A stretch of 64,000 nt of DNA, taken from NCBI GenBank assembly GCA_965223545.1, contig OZ245006.1, forward strand, positions 6,400,001 to 6,464,000. The letters run 5' to 3'. The notes under the pieces were generated by a model. It was not told where the DNA came from. It saw only the letters and a list, made by a program, of their open reading frames with translations, and made no database searches. The position numbers and the translations under genes were made by a program. Of the stretch, positions 48,103 to 61,173 are shown in pieces; the stretch's first letter is position 1; each line of letters starts with the position of its first letter. Source of the DNA: Planctomycetota bacterium (GTDB lineage Bacteria; Planctomycetota; UBA1135; UBA2386).

Positions 48103-49062
48103 ATGGTGTTGCGCGCGGGCCTCTGTTCGCTGGTCCTGGTGGCTGTCGCCGGCGGCCAGACCGTGCTCCGGCTCGGCAACAAGCCGGCGGACGGCGCCGG
48201 TGACTACCGCGCCGCCGTGCTCTCCCTGGCGTTGGCCGGTGACGGCACTCCCGCCGAGCAGCGCCGCGACGCGCGGCAGTTCTTGGACAATGTGCTGAGC
48301 CACCCGAATTCGTCGTTTCGCAGCGAGGCGCTGGCGTGGGTGGAGCGCAACCGCATGGCCATGGCACAAGTTCGGGTCGCCACGGCGCGCCCACATTGCG
48401 CCTTTCAACGGTCACCCCAAGGCGTTTCCGAGTTCGAGGATCTACGTGACGGCATCGTCGCGCTGGCGCTGGCTTGGCTGGTCGAGCTGGGCGAGCAGGT
48501 GACGCGCGGCGCGTCCGACGAGGCGGCCGCGGCGCTGCGCGTCGCCCTGGGTGTCGTCGACCATCTGGAGCACGAGGTCGCCGCCGCGTCGTTGGTGCCC
48601 GGCCTCGAGCGCCTCGCCTTCATCACGGCCGCGGCCCAGCTGGCCCGCTCCGACCTGACGTCCGGCACGCGCGCTGCGTTGGTGCAGGTCTTGCAGGACG
48701 AACGACAACGGCAGACGGCCGCCCAGCGCCTGCGCTCGATGCAGCCGGATCTGGTGGTGTCGGCTCGGCGCGTGGCGGGTGACCTACCGGTCGCGGCGGC
48801 GGCCGAGGCCCTGCTCGCCGGCTTGGAGGCCAAGCGGCCGGCCGAGCTGGTGGCGGTGCTCGACGAGCCGGTCTGGGATCGCGGCCTGCGCGAGTGGCGG
48901 GCGCGGGCGGAAGCGGGCGCGCGTGAACGACGCGACGCGGCTGCTGCCGCCGTGTTGCACGTGTTGCCGGAGCCCGGTGCGTGGGCGGTGGGCAGAGTGC
49001 TGGCCGAGCACCGGCTGCTTCGCGTGCTGCGCGATCACGGTGTCGACCGAGCACGCCGCTGA
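48103..49062 (+). CDS. Hypothetical helical protein with an N-terminal signal/TM segment
   Basis: The ORF fills the gap between divergent and convergent genes. No recognised motif. Confidence 0.55.
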   Translation: MVLRAGLCSLVLVAVAGGQTVLRLGNKPADGAGDYRAAVLSLALAGDGTPAEQRRDARQFLDNVLSHPNSSFRSEALAWVERNRMAMAQVRVATARPHCAFQRSPQGVSEFEDLRDGIVALALAWLVELGEQVTRGASDEAAAALRVALGVVDHLEHEVAAASLVPGLERLAFITAAAQLARSDLTSGTRAALVQVLQDERQRQTAAQRLRSMQPDLVVSARRVAGDLPVAAAAEALLAGLEAKRPAELVAVLDEPVWDRGLREWRARAEAGARERRDAAAAAVLHVLPEPGAWAVGRVLAEHRLLRVLRDHGVDRARR

Positions 49063-49096
49063 GGTGGTTCGGTCGGCGTGCCCGGTCGCGCGGCGG

Positions 49097-50143
49097 TCAG
49101 GACGTACCGCGTCGTCGCCTGAGCGAGCGTTCGGCGCGGGCGCGGGCGACGGCTTGCATGTCGACGTGCTCGTCGTGCTCGTCGACGATCTCGGCCCCCA
49201 GCAGCGCTTCGAGCACGTCCTCGAGGGTGACGATTCCCTCGAGCCCGCCGTACTCGTCGGCGACGGCGAGGATGTGCCGCTTGTCGCGGAGAAACTTCGC
49301 CAGCAGCTGCGGTGCCCGCATGGTCTCGGGAATGAACTCGAGCGGTTGCAGCAGCGCGTCGACCGAGCTGTCTGCGTCCCCATGCGCGATCGCGTCGTAG
49401 ATGTCGCGGCGGTAGACCACGCCGTTGACGTGATCGAGGTCACCGGCTCGCTCGGTCACCGGCAGGCGGCTGTGGCGCAGCGCTTCGGGCCGGCGTTGGA
49501 CTTCGGCCAGGGTCATGCCGGTGGCCAAGCTCTGCACCACGGTGCGGGGTGTCATCAGGTCGCGCGCGGTGACCTGGTCCAGCAGCAACGCGTTCTCCAC
49601 CCACAACGACTCGAACTCGCTGAGTGCCCCCTGGCGCTGCGCTGTCTTGGCCAGCGCGATCACCTCGGCCTCGGTCGCCAGGTGGCCGGCGCCGGTGCCG
49701 GTGAGCTTGTGCATCAGCCAGCTGCACAGCCGCGCGATCGGCCACGAGATCCAGATGAAGAACTGCAGCGGCCAGACGAGGAACGGAATCAAGCGGGCGC
49801 CGAACTTGACCCCGAGGCTCTTGGGGACGATCTCGGTCAGGAACAGCACCGCGAGCGTGAACAGCGCGGTGAACCAGCCAAGCGCCCCGCCGAACTCGGC
49901 GCCGACCAAGGCGCCCAGCACCGTGGCGCCGACGGTGTGGGCCACCGTGTTGATCGTCAGGATGGCGGCGATCGGGCCGTCGATGTGGGCGCGAAAGCGC
50001 TTGAACCGGCGTGCGCCGACTGTGCCCTGCTTGGCCAGTACGTCGAGCTGCGCCGGCGTAACCGAGTACAGCGCGGCCTCCAAGACCGAGCACATGAAGG
50101 ATGCCGCCAGCGTCAATGCTGCGACAATCAGGATCAGGGTCAT
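49097..50143 (-). CDS. CNNM (DUF21)-CBS membrane protein
   Basis: CSVLEAAL, EIVPK, MTPR, HSRLPV and DEYGGLEGIVTLED motifs. Confidence 0.92.
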   Translation of the reverse strand: MTLILIVAALTLAASFMCSVLEAALYSVTPAQLDVLAKQGTVGARRFKRFRAHIDGPIAAILTINTVAHTVGATVLGALVGAEFGGALGWFTALFTLAVLFLTEIVPKSLGVKFGARLIPFLVWPLQFFIWISWPIARLCSWLMHKLTGTGAGHLATEAEVIALAKTAQRQGALSEFESLWVENALLLDQVTARDLMTPRTVVQSLATGMTLAEVQRRPEALRHSRLPVTERAGDLDHVNGVVYRRDIYDAIAHGDADSSVDALLQPLEFIPETMRAPQLLAKFLRDKRHILAVADEYGGLEGIVTLEDVLEALLGAEIVDEHDEHVDMQAVARARAERSLRRRRGTS

Positions 50144-50165
50144 CGCGCGCGGGTTGGAATGGTGC

Positions 50166-50717
50166 CTACGTCTCGGGGGTCACGTGGTGGGCGAGAGTCA
50201 CCGATGAGATGTAGACGTGGGTGGGTTGCTCGACGATCCACAGCACCACGCGGGCGACGTCCTCGGGGCTGAGCTTGGGGCCCGGCGTGTTGGCCACCGA
50301 CGCGGTGTCGACGAACCCCGGTCGAATGTTGACCACCCGCGGCCGCTGGTCGGGCCGGTTGAACAGCTGTTGGCTGGCTGCGTCGATCGCGTGCTTGTAC
50401 ACCGCGTACAGATCGGGTCGCCCGAGAATGTAGCACTCGCCGGCGCGCGAGCCGATGTTGATGATGGTCTTGTCCTGGCCCTGCCATTCGTGGACCAGCT
50501 TGTACAAGATCTGCAGCTGGGTGTCGTCGTTGTACTGGTGGCGGTTGTTGACGAAGAGGTCGCACTTCGCGGCGGCTCGGACGATCTTGTCGCGATGCTT
50601 GGGGAGCTTGTACCCCGTCGACTTCGACAGGCCGACAACCTCGTCACCGCGGGCGCGGAATGCGTCGGCGATGGCCAGCCCGATGCCCTTGGTGTGGCCG
50701 GTGATCGCCACTTTCAT
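50166..50717 (-). CDS. Short SDR-family oxidoreductase
   Basis: TGHTKGIG, NIGS and YAVYK (YxxxK) motifs. Confidence 0.85.
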   Translation of the reverse strand: MKVAITGHTKGIGLAIADAFRARGDEVVGLSKSTGYKLPKHRDKIVRAAAKCDLFVNNRHQYNDDTQLQILYKLVHEWQGQDKTIINIGSRAGECYILGRPDLYAVYKHAIDAASQQLFNRPDQRPRVVNIRPGFVDTASVANTPGPKLSPEDVARVVLWIVEQPTHVYISSVTLAHHVTPET

Positions 50718-51334
50718 TTGAATCGCCTCCACCACTTGGCGCGCTTGGTACTCGCGCTTGTCGAGCGGCGCAAGGTGATCGAGCTGATGGTGATCGCGGG
50801 ACCGTTGTCGATGATCATGGCGACGACGTCGGCGACCTCGTCGTACTCGAGCAGGTCTTCGATCTGACGGCCGGTGTGCTTGGCCAGCTGCTCGACGATC
50901 TCGCTGCGGATCCAGCCGGGACGGACGGTGCTCACCCGGCATCGGCCCGGCTTGCAATTGAGCTCGGTGGCGACCACGTCGAGCGCGGCCTTGGCGGCGC
51001 GGTAGCAGCTCGTTCCGGCGTGGAAGCCCTGCGTCGGCCGATCCGGGGCTTCCGAGCCGATGCTGACGATGTGCTTCTCCTGGTCCTGCCAATGGTGAAA
51101 CATCGAGGCCAGCAGTCTGGCCTGGTCCATGCCGTGCTTGTCGCGATCGTGCGCGCAGTTGACGAAGACGTCGCATTCCACGGCACCGAACACGATCTTC
51201 TTGAAGCCGTCCTCGGTGGTGAAGTCGAACCCGTTCTCCAGAGAGAATCCGACGATCTCGTGTTCGTCCCGCGCCAGCCGTTCCGCGATGGCTTTGCCCA
51301 AGCCGGCGGCATGTCCGGTCACAGCGATCTTCAT
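50714..51334 (-). CDS. Short SDR-family oxidoreductase (paralog of the downstream gene)
   Basis: TGHAAGLG, SIGS and YRAAK motifs. Stop overlaps the next ATG. Confidence 0.85.
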   Translation of the reverse strand: MKIAVTGHAAGLGKAIAERLARDEHEIVGFSLENGFDFTTEDGFKKIVFGAVECDVFVNCAHDRDKHGMDQARLLASMFHHWQDQEKHIVSIGSEAPDRPTQGFHAGTSCYRAAKAALDVVATELNCKPGRCRVSTVRPGWIRSEIVEQLAKHTGRQIEDLLEYDEVADVVAMIIDNGPAITISSITLRRSTSASTKRAKWWRRFK

Positions 51335-51388
51335 CCCGCGCAACACTAGTCGGCGGACTCGGAGGTGCACACCGAAAATCCGCGCCCC

Positions 51389-51415
51389 AAAACCCCGCAG
51401 CGGAGGCGGCGGGTT
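51389..51415 (-). terminator. Possible intrinsic terminator
   Basis: CCCGC...GCGGG stem followed by a short T run, just after the stop at 51419. Confidence 0.35.
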
Positions 51416-51418
51416 CCC

Positions 51419-54400
51419 TCAGTCCGGTGCGGTGGGGCGTTGGATCGAGAGCTTCACTTCGTGGTGGCTGACGTGCACGCCGCTGGTTCCGTGGTAGCAG
51501 TCGACGCGGACGACGTAGTTGCCGGCCGGGAAGTCGTCTGTCGGGGTCGGCATCAGATAGGACTCGTCACCGGGACCGGCGTCCGCGAGGCGGCGCAGGA
51601 TCGCCGTCGGCTGTTCGCCGGGCGTGGCCGGTGATCGGTCCACGGCGTAGTACCACTGACTGCTGGCGTCGGTGCGGTAGCACACCGTGTAGACGAGCTG
51701 GCTCTCTTGGCTGTTGGTCGGGTCCGGGTAGCTGGCGGTGTAGCGCTCGCCGTCGAACCGCGTGAAGCTCGTCGACCACAGCAACGGGATCGCGCCCGGG
51801 TCGGAGACCGACTGCTGTGGAGTGGGGTCGACCAGCTGCACGCGCGGTAGGTGGAGCGCCGGCGTTGCCATCAGCCGGGGGGCTCCGGCGACGTGCAGCG
51901 CGCGCAGCGAGTACGCCAGCGAGCGCAGGCTGGCGGCCTGGTGCTCGGTGGTGGTCCGCGGTGTCTCGCCGAACGGCACGAAGTACGCCGTCCGCCCGGT
52001 GCTGACCGGGTGGTCCAGCGCGATCAGCGCGGCCCCGTGGCCGGCGAGGTTGCCGGCGGAGAAGGACTCGAGCAGCTGGCCGCGGTGGTCGGGGTAGTCG
52101 GCGGCATGCGCGCGCTGGGGCAGGACCGCCGTGATGCCCGAGGGGAGCTGGATCGGCAGCTCGGCGGTGACGTAGGACGGCGTCAAGAGCCCCATGCGCT
52201 GGATCAGCTGCGTCAGCTCGTCGGTGAGCGTGGCGTAGTAGCGCGGTCGGACTTCGAGCTCGGCCCCCTCGGTCGTCATCGGCGCCATCAGGGCTTCCTC
52301 CTCGGCGACCGGCGGCAGGCCGAGGCGCAGCGTGCTCTCGGGCGGGCCGACTTGTACCAGGCTCGCGGGTCCCGCTTCTCCCAGCGTCGAGCCGGACGGG
52401 TACGCGAACAGGGTTCCGGCCGGCAGCGCGGCGAGCGAGGCGTTGGCGCGGACCGCGCGGCGGACCGTGCTGGTCGGCAGATTGCAATCGGCGTGGAACG
52501 CGTTCATCTGCGCCGGCGGGGCGAGCTCGCCGAGCCACGGCTTGGCCCAAAACGTCGTGCCGTTGCCGACCAACACCGGGCGGCCGATGCGCCTGCCTTC
52601 GGTGAGTTCCGCCACCATGCTGATGTCGTCGACCCCAACGGTGCCGGCCGCGCCGTAGAGGTCACCGTGCACGACCACCGGTGCCGCGCCGCCCGCGTTG
52701 TCGGGCAGCGCGATCTCGCCGCCGAGCAGCAGGCGCTCGGCGAGCACCCCGCCGGGATTGGCGAACACGGCCTGCGTCGACTGCAGGGCCTCGCGCCAGA
52801 TCTGCAGCATGCGCGGCACGTCCTCGTTCATCCCGGCGAAGCCGTCGGCGAGGCGCGCGGTGTCGAACGCGCTCCACGGTGCGCGCGCGTCCCCGGTCTT
52901 GGCGACGAGGTCGTCGAACCACCAGTTGTAGCCGTGTGCGAAGGTCGTTCCGTCGCCGCCGACGTCGAGGTACGGGTTGAAGCGCGGGTCGCCGATCAGC
53001 TGGTAGCGCTCGGTGATCGGCACGTCTGCCGGATCGGTGCTGATCCAGGCGTGGGTCGTGCTCTCGTTCTCCGGTGTCTGCTGCGTCGGCCAGACGCGGC
53101 GGGGGTAGTGGCCGGTGCCAATGAACGTCGTGGCGCTGTACAGCACCTGGTTGGGCGACTCGGCCTGTAGCGCGGCCTGCGGCAAGCGAATCCGCCAGCG
53201 CATCGTGTTCTTCGGCTGGGGGCTCGCATCGACCGCCGAGAGCGGCTTGAACGCGCCCGCCGTGACCGGCGACGGAATGTAGTCGGTCCCGTACAGGCGC
53301 GCCGCCGGATCGATGCCTTGCCCGGCGACCGGCGGGCAGGACAAGGGTGTGTTGTACAGCAGCAGGTAGGTGTGTGGGAACGGCGCCGCGGCGTAGTGCA
53401 CCGTGTAGTACATCTCGTTCGCCGAAGCACCCGCACCGCCCCGGCGTGCGGTGTGCACGGCGTATGGCTCGGCCGCCACGTTGCCGGTCTTGATGTCGAT
53501 CCCACCCGATTGGCAGTCGACGACCACCGAGCCGGTGTAGTCGCCGCCGGGGATCTCCACCGAGATCGGTTCCGACAGCACGGTGGGGCCGGCGTCCGGA
53601 TCGGTCTTGTAGGCGTGCACGCGGAACTCGACCGGCTCACCGCCGGCCTGCCGCATGGTGTGCAGCCGGCGGGCGTGGCTGACGACGCGCACCGTGGGCC
53701 AGTCCTCGTGCTTGGCGGCGTCGGATACGTTGCGCAACGGTGGGAACGGCAAACCGCTGCCGTGCAGGTTGATGAACAGCGCGTTGCGGTAGCGCTGCGG
53801 GTTGCTGCACATGTCGGCGAGCAGCAGCTGCAGCGGCGGTTCGTCCTCGTTCTCCAGGCCGGCGGCGACGCGGCGGGCGAACAGCTCTTGCGCGTCCGGC
53901 GTGCGCATGCAGTGGTTGAAGCGGTCGGCGACCGCGTGCGGCTGCGGGTTGTCGGTGGCGTCGTAGTCGTTGAGGACGCCGCTCTCGGTGCGCAGGCGGC
54001 CGCTGAACAGCTCCGCCGAGTACAGCGTGCTGGCGCCGGCGCCGGCCGCCAAGCGGCCCGGGTACCAGTAGACCCAAGGCGCCGCGGCGTCTGCTGTGGC
54101 GCTCTGGTTGACGTAGGGCGTGTAGAGCAGGTTGCGGCCGTAGCCGAGCTTGGTGATCCAGTGCAGGCGGAAGCGCAGGTGGGGGTTGGCGCTCTCGACC
54201 GCGGTTGCCGTCGACTGCAGCTGAGCGCGCAGCGCCGGCAGCGGCAGCCAGAGCGATGGCGCTTCGGCGATCGCCAGCACGTAGACATCGAACTCGGTCA
54301 CCATCGGCTCTGGCGTCACCGGCACGCTGATCAGGCCTGCCGTGCCGGCCACGTGCAGCGCGACGCCGAGGTCGTTGACGCGCAGCACCTGGATCTTGGC

Positions 54401-54814
54401 GTAGCGGATGCGGTCCAGACCTTCGATCGGCTCGAGCTCGATCGTCCGCGACCAGCGCCACGTGCCCTGCGAGGTCCGGCTGTTGCCCGACAGGATGTCG
54501 TCGGGGGCGGCGACGGGGTGGGTGGTCAAGTACGGACTCGGCTCGGGCGCCGCGGCGGCGTCGAGTTCGGCGAGCGTGGTGATGCGACGCTGGTCGATGC
54601 TGGACTGGAGCTCGGCCAGCAAGGCGACCGCCTTGCCGTGCGCAAACTGCACCGCGGCGTCTTCGCTGACCGCGCGGGTCGAGACCGCCACTTGGTGGAC
54701 GAGCAGAGTCAGCGAGATGCTGACGACCGAGATGGCGAACAGCAGCTCGATGAACGTCGAGCCAGCGCGCGGGCCGAGACGGTTCGGGCCCCCGGTCGCG
54801 CACTCGGCTCGCAT
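51419..54814 (-). CDS. Very large (~1130 aa) prepilin-type protein
   Basis: G|STFIELLFAISVV followed by a long uncharacterised region. Confidence 0.7.
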   Translation of the reverse strand: MRAECATGGPNRLGPRAGSTFIELLFAISVVSISLTLLVHQVAVSTRAVSEDAAVQFAHGKAVALLAELQSSIDQRRITTLAELDAAAAPEPSPYLTTHPVAAPDDILSGNSRTSQGTWRWSRTIELEPIEGLDRIRYAKIQVLRVNDLGVALHVAGTAGLISVPVTPEPMVTEFDVYVLAIAEAPSLWLPLPALRAQLQSTATAVESANPHLRFRLHWITKLGYGRNLLYTPYVNQSATADAAAPWVYWYPGRLAAGAGASTLYSAELFSGRLRTESGVLNDYDATDNPQPHAVADRFNHCMRTPDAQELFARRVAAGLENEDEPPLQLLLADMCSNPQRYRNALFINLHGSGLPFPPLRNVSDAAKHEDWPTVRVVSHARRLHTMRQAGGEPVEFRVHAYKTDPDAGPTVLSEPISVEIPGGDYTGSVVVDCQSGGIDIKTGNVAAEPYAVHTARRGGAGASANEMYYTVHYAAAPFPHTYLLLYNTPLSCPPVAGQGIDPAARLYGTDYIPSPVTAGAFKPLSAVDASPQPKNTMRWRIRLPQAALQAESPNQVLYSATTFIGTGHYPRRVWPTQQTPENESTTHAWISTDPADVPITERYQLIGDPRFNPYLDVGGDGTTFAHGYNWWFDDLVAKTGDARAPWSAFDTARLADGFAGMNEDVPRMLQIWREALQSTQAVFANPGGVLAERLLLGGEIALPDNAGGAAPVVVHGDLYGAAGTVGVDDISMVAELTEGRRIGRPVLVGNGTTFWAKPWLGELAPPAQMNAFHADCNLPTSTVRRAVRANASLAALPAGTLFAYPSGSTLGEAGPASLVQVGPPESTLRLGLPPVAEEEALMAPMTTEGAELEVRPRYYATLTDELTQLIQRMGLLTPSYVTAELPIQLPSGITAVLPQRAHAADYPDHRGQLLESFSAGNLAGHGAALIALDHPVSTGRTAYFVPFGETPRTTTEHQAASLRSLAYSLRALHVAGAPRLMATPALHLPRVQLVDPTPQQSVSDPGAIPLLWSTSFTRFDGERYTASYPDPTNSQESQLVYTVCYRTDASSQWYYAVDRSPATPGEQPTAILRRLADAGPGDESYLMPTPTDDFPAGNYVVRVDCYHGTSGVHVSHHEVKLSIQRPTAPD

Positions 54815-55027
54815 CACGGGCTCATCGGCAGATCACCGCGATCGCCTTGAACGGCGGTCTCGATGTGGGACTCGCGGCCGCCGCCGGTGGGCGGTGCCGC
54901 CGATGGCAGCGGTGCTGCACGCTCGCTTGTAAGCCGCGCGGGGGCAATCTATGGTGCCGGCCTTTCCGACGATCCCCGCGGCGGGCTTTCGCGCCGGCGG
55001 GTACGCGAGCCAGGGAGGGCTTGGCGC

Positions 55028-57474
55028 TTGGTCAAACGGTCCAAAAAGAGCTCCGGTCAGCTGCCGTTCTCGGGTACACCCCCTTCGGGTGGCGCGGGTG
55101 GCGGAGCCGGCGGAGACGGAGAGACCGCGATCGCTCTGCACGAGGCGGCACAGGCGCGCTACCTCAACTACTCGCTCTCGGTGATCACCAGCCGCGCCCT
55201 GCCCGACGTGCGCGACGGCCTGAAGCCGGTGCAGCGGCGCATCCTGTACACCATGCTGCGCGAGCGCATGCTGCCCGACGCCAAGCCGCGCAAGTGCTCG
55301 GGCGTGGTCGGTTCGGCGTTGCGCGACTTCCACCCGCACGGCGGCGACGCGCTGTACGACGCGCTCGTGCGCCTGGCGCAGCCGTGGGTCATGCGCCATC
55401 CGCTGGTCGATGGGCACGGCAACTTCGGCTCGGTGGACGGCGACGCGGCGGCCGCGTTTCGCTACACCGAGTGCCGACTGGCGCCGGCGGCGATGCCGCT
55501 GCTGGACGACATCAAGAACGACACCGTCGCCTTCCGCCCCAACTACGACAACACCAACACCGAGCCCGTCGTACTGCCGGCGCGGATCCCCAACCTGTTG
55601 ATCAACGGCGGCGCCGGGATCGCGGTTGGCATGGCGACCAACGTGCCGCCGCACAACCTCGGCGAGGTGATGCGAGCGTGTCTCAAGCTGCTCGCGGACC
55701 CGGACATCCAGGACTACCGGCTGGTGGCCAACGACGCCGTGCAGGGCCCCGACTTTCCCACCGGTGGAACGGTGGTGACCACGCGCGAGGCTCTGCGCGA
55801 GATCTACAAGACCGGCAGTGGCACGCTCAAGCTGCGCGGCACCACCACGCCGGAGACTCGTGGCAAGCCGCGCGGCCAGCGGGGCGCCAAGGCGCAGAAG
55901 ACGCTGCTGATCGACTCGATTCCGTACGGCGTCAACAAGGCCACGCTCGTCGAGCAGATCGCGCAGATCGTCCTCGACCGCAAGATGGCGCTGCTGCTCG
56001 ACGTGCGCGATCTGTCGACCGAGGACGTGCGCATCCAGCTGGTGCTGCAGGCGGGGGCCGACGAGCAGAAGGTGCTCGCCTACCTGCACAAGCACACCAG
56101 CCTGCAGGTAAATTTCAGCTACAACCTGACCTGTCTGGTGCCGACCGAGAACCCGGAGGTCGGCGCGCCGGCGCGGCTGGGTCTGAAGGAGATCCTCTGG
56201 CACTTCCTGCACTTCCGCTTCGACGTCGTGACGCGGCGGCTCGAGCACGAGCTGCGGACGCTCGACAAGCGCATCCACATCCTCGATGGGTTCGCGCTGA
56301 TCTTCGACGCGCTGGACGAGATCCTGAAGATCATCCGCGCCTCGGACGGCAAGCAGGACGCGGCGAAGAAGATCCAGAAGCGCTTCGCGCAGCTCGACGA
56401 GGTGCAGATCGAGGCGATCCTCGAGCTGAAGCTGTACCGGTTGGCCAAGCTCGAGATCAACCTCGTCACCGGTGAACGCAAGGAGAAGCGGGCCCAGGCC
56501 AAGCGCATCCGCGCGCTTTTGTCCGACGACGCCAACGACACCACCGGCGCCGGCCGCTGGGGCATCGTGCGCAGCGAGATCGAGGAGATCTTGGCCGAGC
56601 ACGGCAAGGCGGACGCCGCCAAGCGGCGCACCGCGATCGAGCTCGGCGCCGAGGAGATGGAGTACGCCGAGGAGGACTTCATCGTCGCCGAGGACTGCCA
56701 CGTCCTGGTCACCGCCGACGGCTGGGTCAAGCGGCAGAAGGAGATCAAGGAGCCGAGCAAGTCGCGGATTCGCGAGGGCGACCGCGTGCTGGCGTGCGTC
56801 GCCGGCTCGACGCGGGCGACGGTCGGCTTCTTCTCCAGCCTGGGTACCTGCTACACGGCGCGGTTCATCGACCTGCCGGCCTCGACCGGCCACGGCGAGC
56901 CGATCCAGAAGCTGTTCAAGTTGAAGGACCGCGAGCGCATCGTCGCGGTGGTCAGCTTCGATGAGCGGGCACTGGCCGCGTCGATCGCCGAGGATCCCGC
57001 GCGGCCCGACGTCTGCCCTCTGCTGCACGGCTTGGCGGTCACCAGTGATGGCTACGGCTTGCGCTTCGGTCTGCAGAAGTTCGTCGAGGTCTCGAGCCGC
57101 GCCGGCCGGCGCTACGCCCGGCCCGCCGCCGAGCAAGAGGTGATCGGGGTCGCGGCAGTGCACGGCAGCGAGACCTTGCTCGGCATCAGCCGCAAGTGCC
57201 GGGCGATCGTCTGCAAGGTGGAGGAGATCAACTACCTCGGTGGGCCGGGCAAGGGCGTGCGCGTTCTGAAGGTCGCCGCCGCGGATCGAATGCTCGGTTT
57301 CAAGGCGAGCACCGGCGACCGGGACCTGCTCGTCGTCGAGACCAACCGCGGGGCCAGCAAGACGGTGTCGACGGTGAAGTACCGCGTCACCGCCCGCGGC
57401 GGGGCGGGGGTGGAGATCCAGAAGAACGGCAGCATCGCCCGCATCGTCGAGGATCCCGTGACGGCGCCGCAGCT

Positions 57475-57478
<4 letters not shown>
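55028..57478 (+). CDS. Type IIA DNA topoisomerase subunit A (GyrA/ParC family)
   Basis: [29 protein letters not shown] and GIAVGMAT motifs. RBS before TTG 55028. Confidence 0.93.
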
Positions 57479-59403
<1,925 letters not shown>

Positions 59404-59413
59404 GGTGGTCCGG

Positions 59414-61168
59414 ATGCGAGTCCCAGCCTCCATTGCCGTCAGCGCGTTGCTCGCCGCCGCTGTGGGCGCGCAGCCGCGATCGGTCTACGTGCCCATGCCG
59501 GACGGGGTGCGCCTCGCGGTCGATGTCCATTTGCCCGGGGACGGCGATCACGCGGTGCCCGCCCTGTTCGAGCTGACGCGCTACTGGCGCGCGCGCGAGC
59601 ACGGCCGCACCGGCGCGCGGCTGCCGGCGTTGAACGCGATCGACCGGGCGTTTCTCGAGCACGGCTACGCAGTGCTCAAGGTCGACGTGCGGGGCACCGG
59701 GGCGTCGTTCGGCGAGCGCCAGGCCGAGTACGGCCGGCAGGAGGCCCGGGACTGCCACGCGCTCGCCGAGTGGGCGGTGCGCCAGCCCTGGTGCGACGGC
59801 AACCTGGGCGCCTACGGCATCTCGTACTCGGGCACCACCGCGGAGCTGATGGCCGCGAGTGGGCATCCGGCGGTCAAGGCGGTGGTGTTGGGTTGGTCGG
59901 ACTTCGATACCTACCGCAGTCCCGTGCGCCCGTACGGCCTCTACGCCGAGAGCCTGGTCGCGGAGTGGAGTCGGATGGTCGCCGCGCTCGACCGCAACGA
60001 CGCGCGCCGGCTCGGGGCGCACGTCGCCCGCGTCGATGGCGATGACGACGGTGCCCTCCGCTCTGCTGCGGTTGCCGAGCACGTCCACAACTTCGATGTC
60101 GCGGAGTGGATCGAACGCTGCGAGTTCATCGATCAACCGATGGGGCGCTTGCGCGAAGGCGTCGAGCGCGACAGCTACCTGCAGGCGAGCGCCGTGCGTT
60201 GGCGGGCCCAGGTCGAGGCCGCTGCGGTGCCGATGCTGGTCTTCGCCAGCTGGTTCGACGCCGGTACGGCGCGCGGCGCCCTGCGCCGGTTTCGAACCTA
60301 CCGCAACCCACAGTGGCTGGTCTTGATGGCGTCCAGCCACGGTGGGCGTTGGCACGCCAGTCCGTACGCGGGCCGAGCGCAGCCACCGGCTCCCTCCGCT
60401 GCGGAGCAGACCGCGCTGCGGATCGCGTTCTTCGACCACCACCTGAAGGAGCCCGGCGACGAGGTGCCGGCCTGGCCCGCGGTGCGCTACTACAACGTCG
60501 GCGAGGAAGCCCTGCGCAGCGCCGGCGATTGGCCGCCGCCCGGAGTCGGGGAGCGCGTGCTGGCGCCGACCGCCGATGGCCGACTCCTGGCCCATGCCGA
60601 GGCCGCAGTGGTGGGCTACGACGTCGACTTCGAAGTCGGCACCGGATCCGCGAATCGCTGGGCGACGCAGATGGGTGGGCCGGTGCGGGGGCTCGACCAA
60701 CGCGCGCCCATGGACGCGCGCATGCTGGTGTTCGACACGCCGGCGCTGGCCGAGCCGCTGCAACTCGCCGGCGCCGCGGTCCTCGAGCTACGAATGTCCG
60801 TGGACCGCGAGGACGCCGCGGTGCTGGTCTACCTGCACGACGTCGATGCCGACGGCCGCAGTCGCTATCTGACCGAGGGCGGCCTGCGCCTCCTCCATCG
60901 GAAGCTGACGGTGGACCGCGCTCCGATGGAGCCGCTGCACTCGTTCGCGGAAGCCGACGCGCTGCCGCTGCGACCCGGAGAGGTGGAGACCGTGACGGTC
61001 GCGCTGCAGCCCGTGGCGGCGCGGCTCCCCGCCGGTCACCGATTGCGGCTGGCGGTCGCGGGGGCCGATGCCCACACGTTCGCCAGGGTCCCAGCGGCCG
61101 GAGCGGTGCATTTTGTCGTGCACTGCGGTCCGGCGGGATCCCGGCTGCGCCTGCCGGTCGTCGAGTGA
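59414..61168 (+). CDS. CocE/NonD family (S15) secreted serine hydrolase
   Basis: MPDGVRLAVD, DVRGTGASFG and GISYSG motifs. Confidence 0.9.
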   Translation: MRVPASIAVSALLAAAVGAQPRSVYVPMPDGVRLAVDVHLPGDGDHAVPALFELTRYWRAREHGRTGARLPALNAIDRAFLEHGYAVLKVDVRGTGASFGERQAEYGRQEARDCHALAEWAVRQPWCDGNLGAYGISYSGTTAELMAASGHPAVKAVVLGWSDFDTYRSPVRPYGLYAESLVAEWSRMVAALDRNDARRLGAHVARVDGDDDGALRSAAVAEHVHNFDVAEWIERCEFIDQPMGRLREGVERDSYLQASAVRWRAQVEAAAVPMLVFASWFDAGTARGALRRFRTYRNPQWLVLMASSHGGRWHASPYAGRAQPPAPSAAEQTALRIAFFDHHLKEPGDEVPAWPAVRYYNVGEEALRSAGDWPPPGVGERVLAPTADGRLLAHAEAAVVGYDVDFEVGTGSANRWATQMGGPVRGLDQRAPMDARMLVFDTPALAEPLQLAGAAVLELRMSVDREDAAVLVYLHDVDADGRSRYLTEGGLRLLHRKLTVDRAPMEPLHSFAEADALPLRPGEVETVTVALQPVAARLPAGHRLRLAVAGADAHTFARVPAAGAVHFVVHCGPAGSRLRLPVVE

Positions 61169-61173
61169 GGCCG

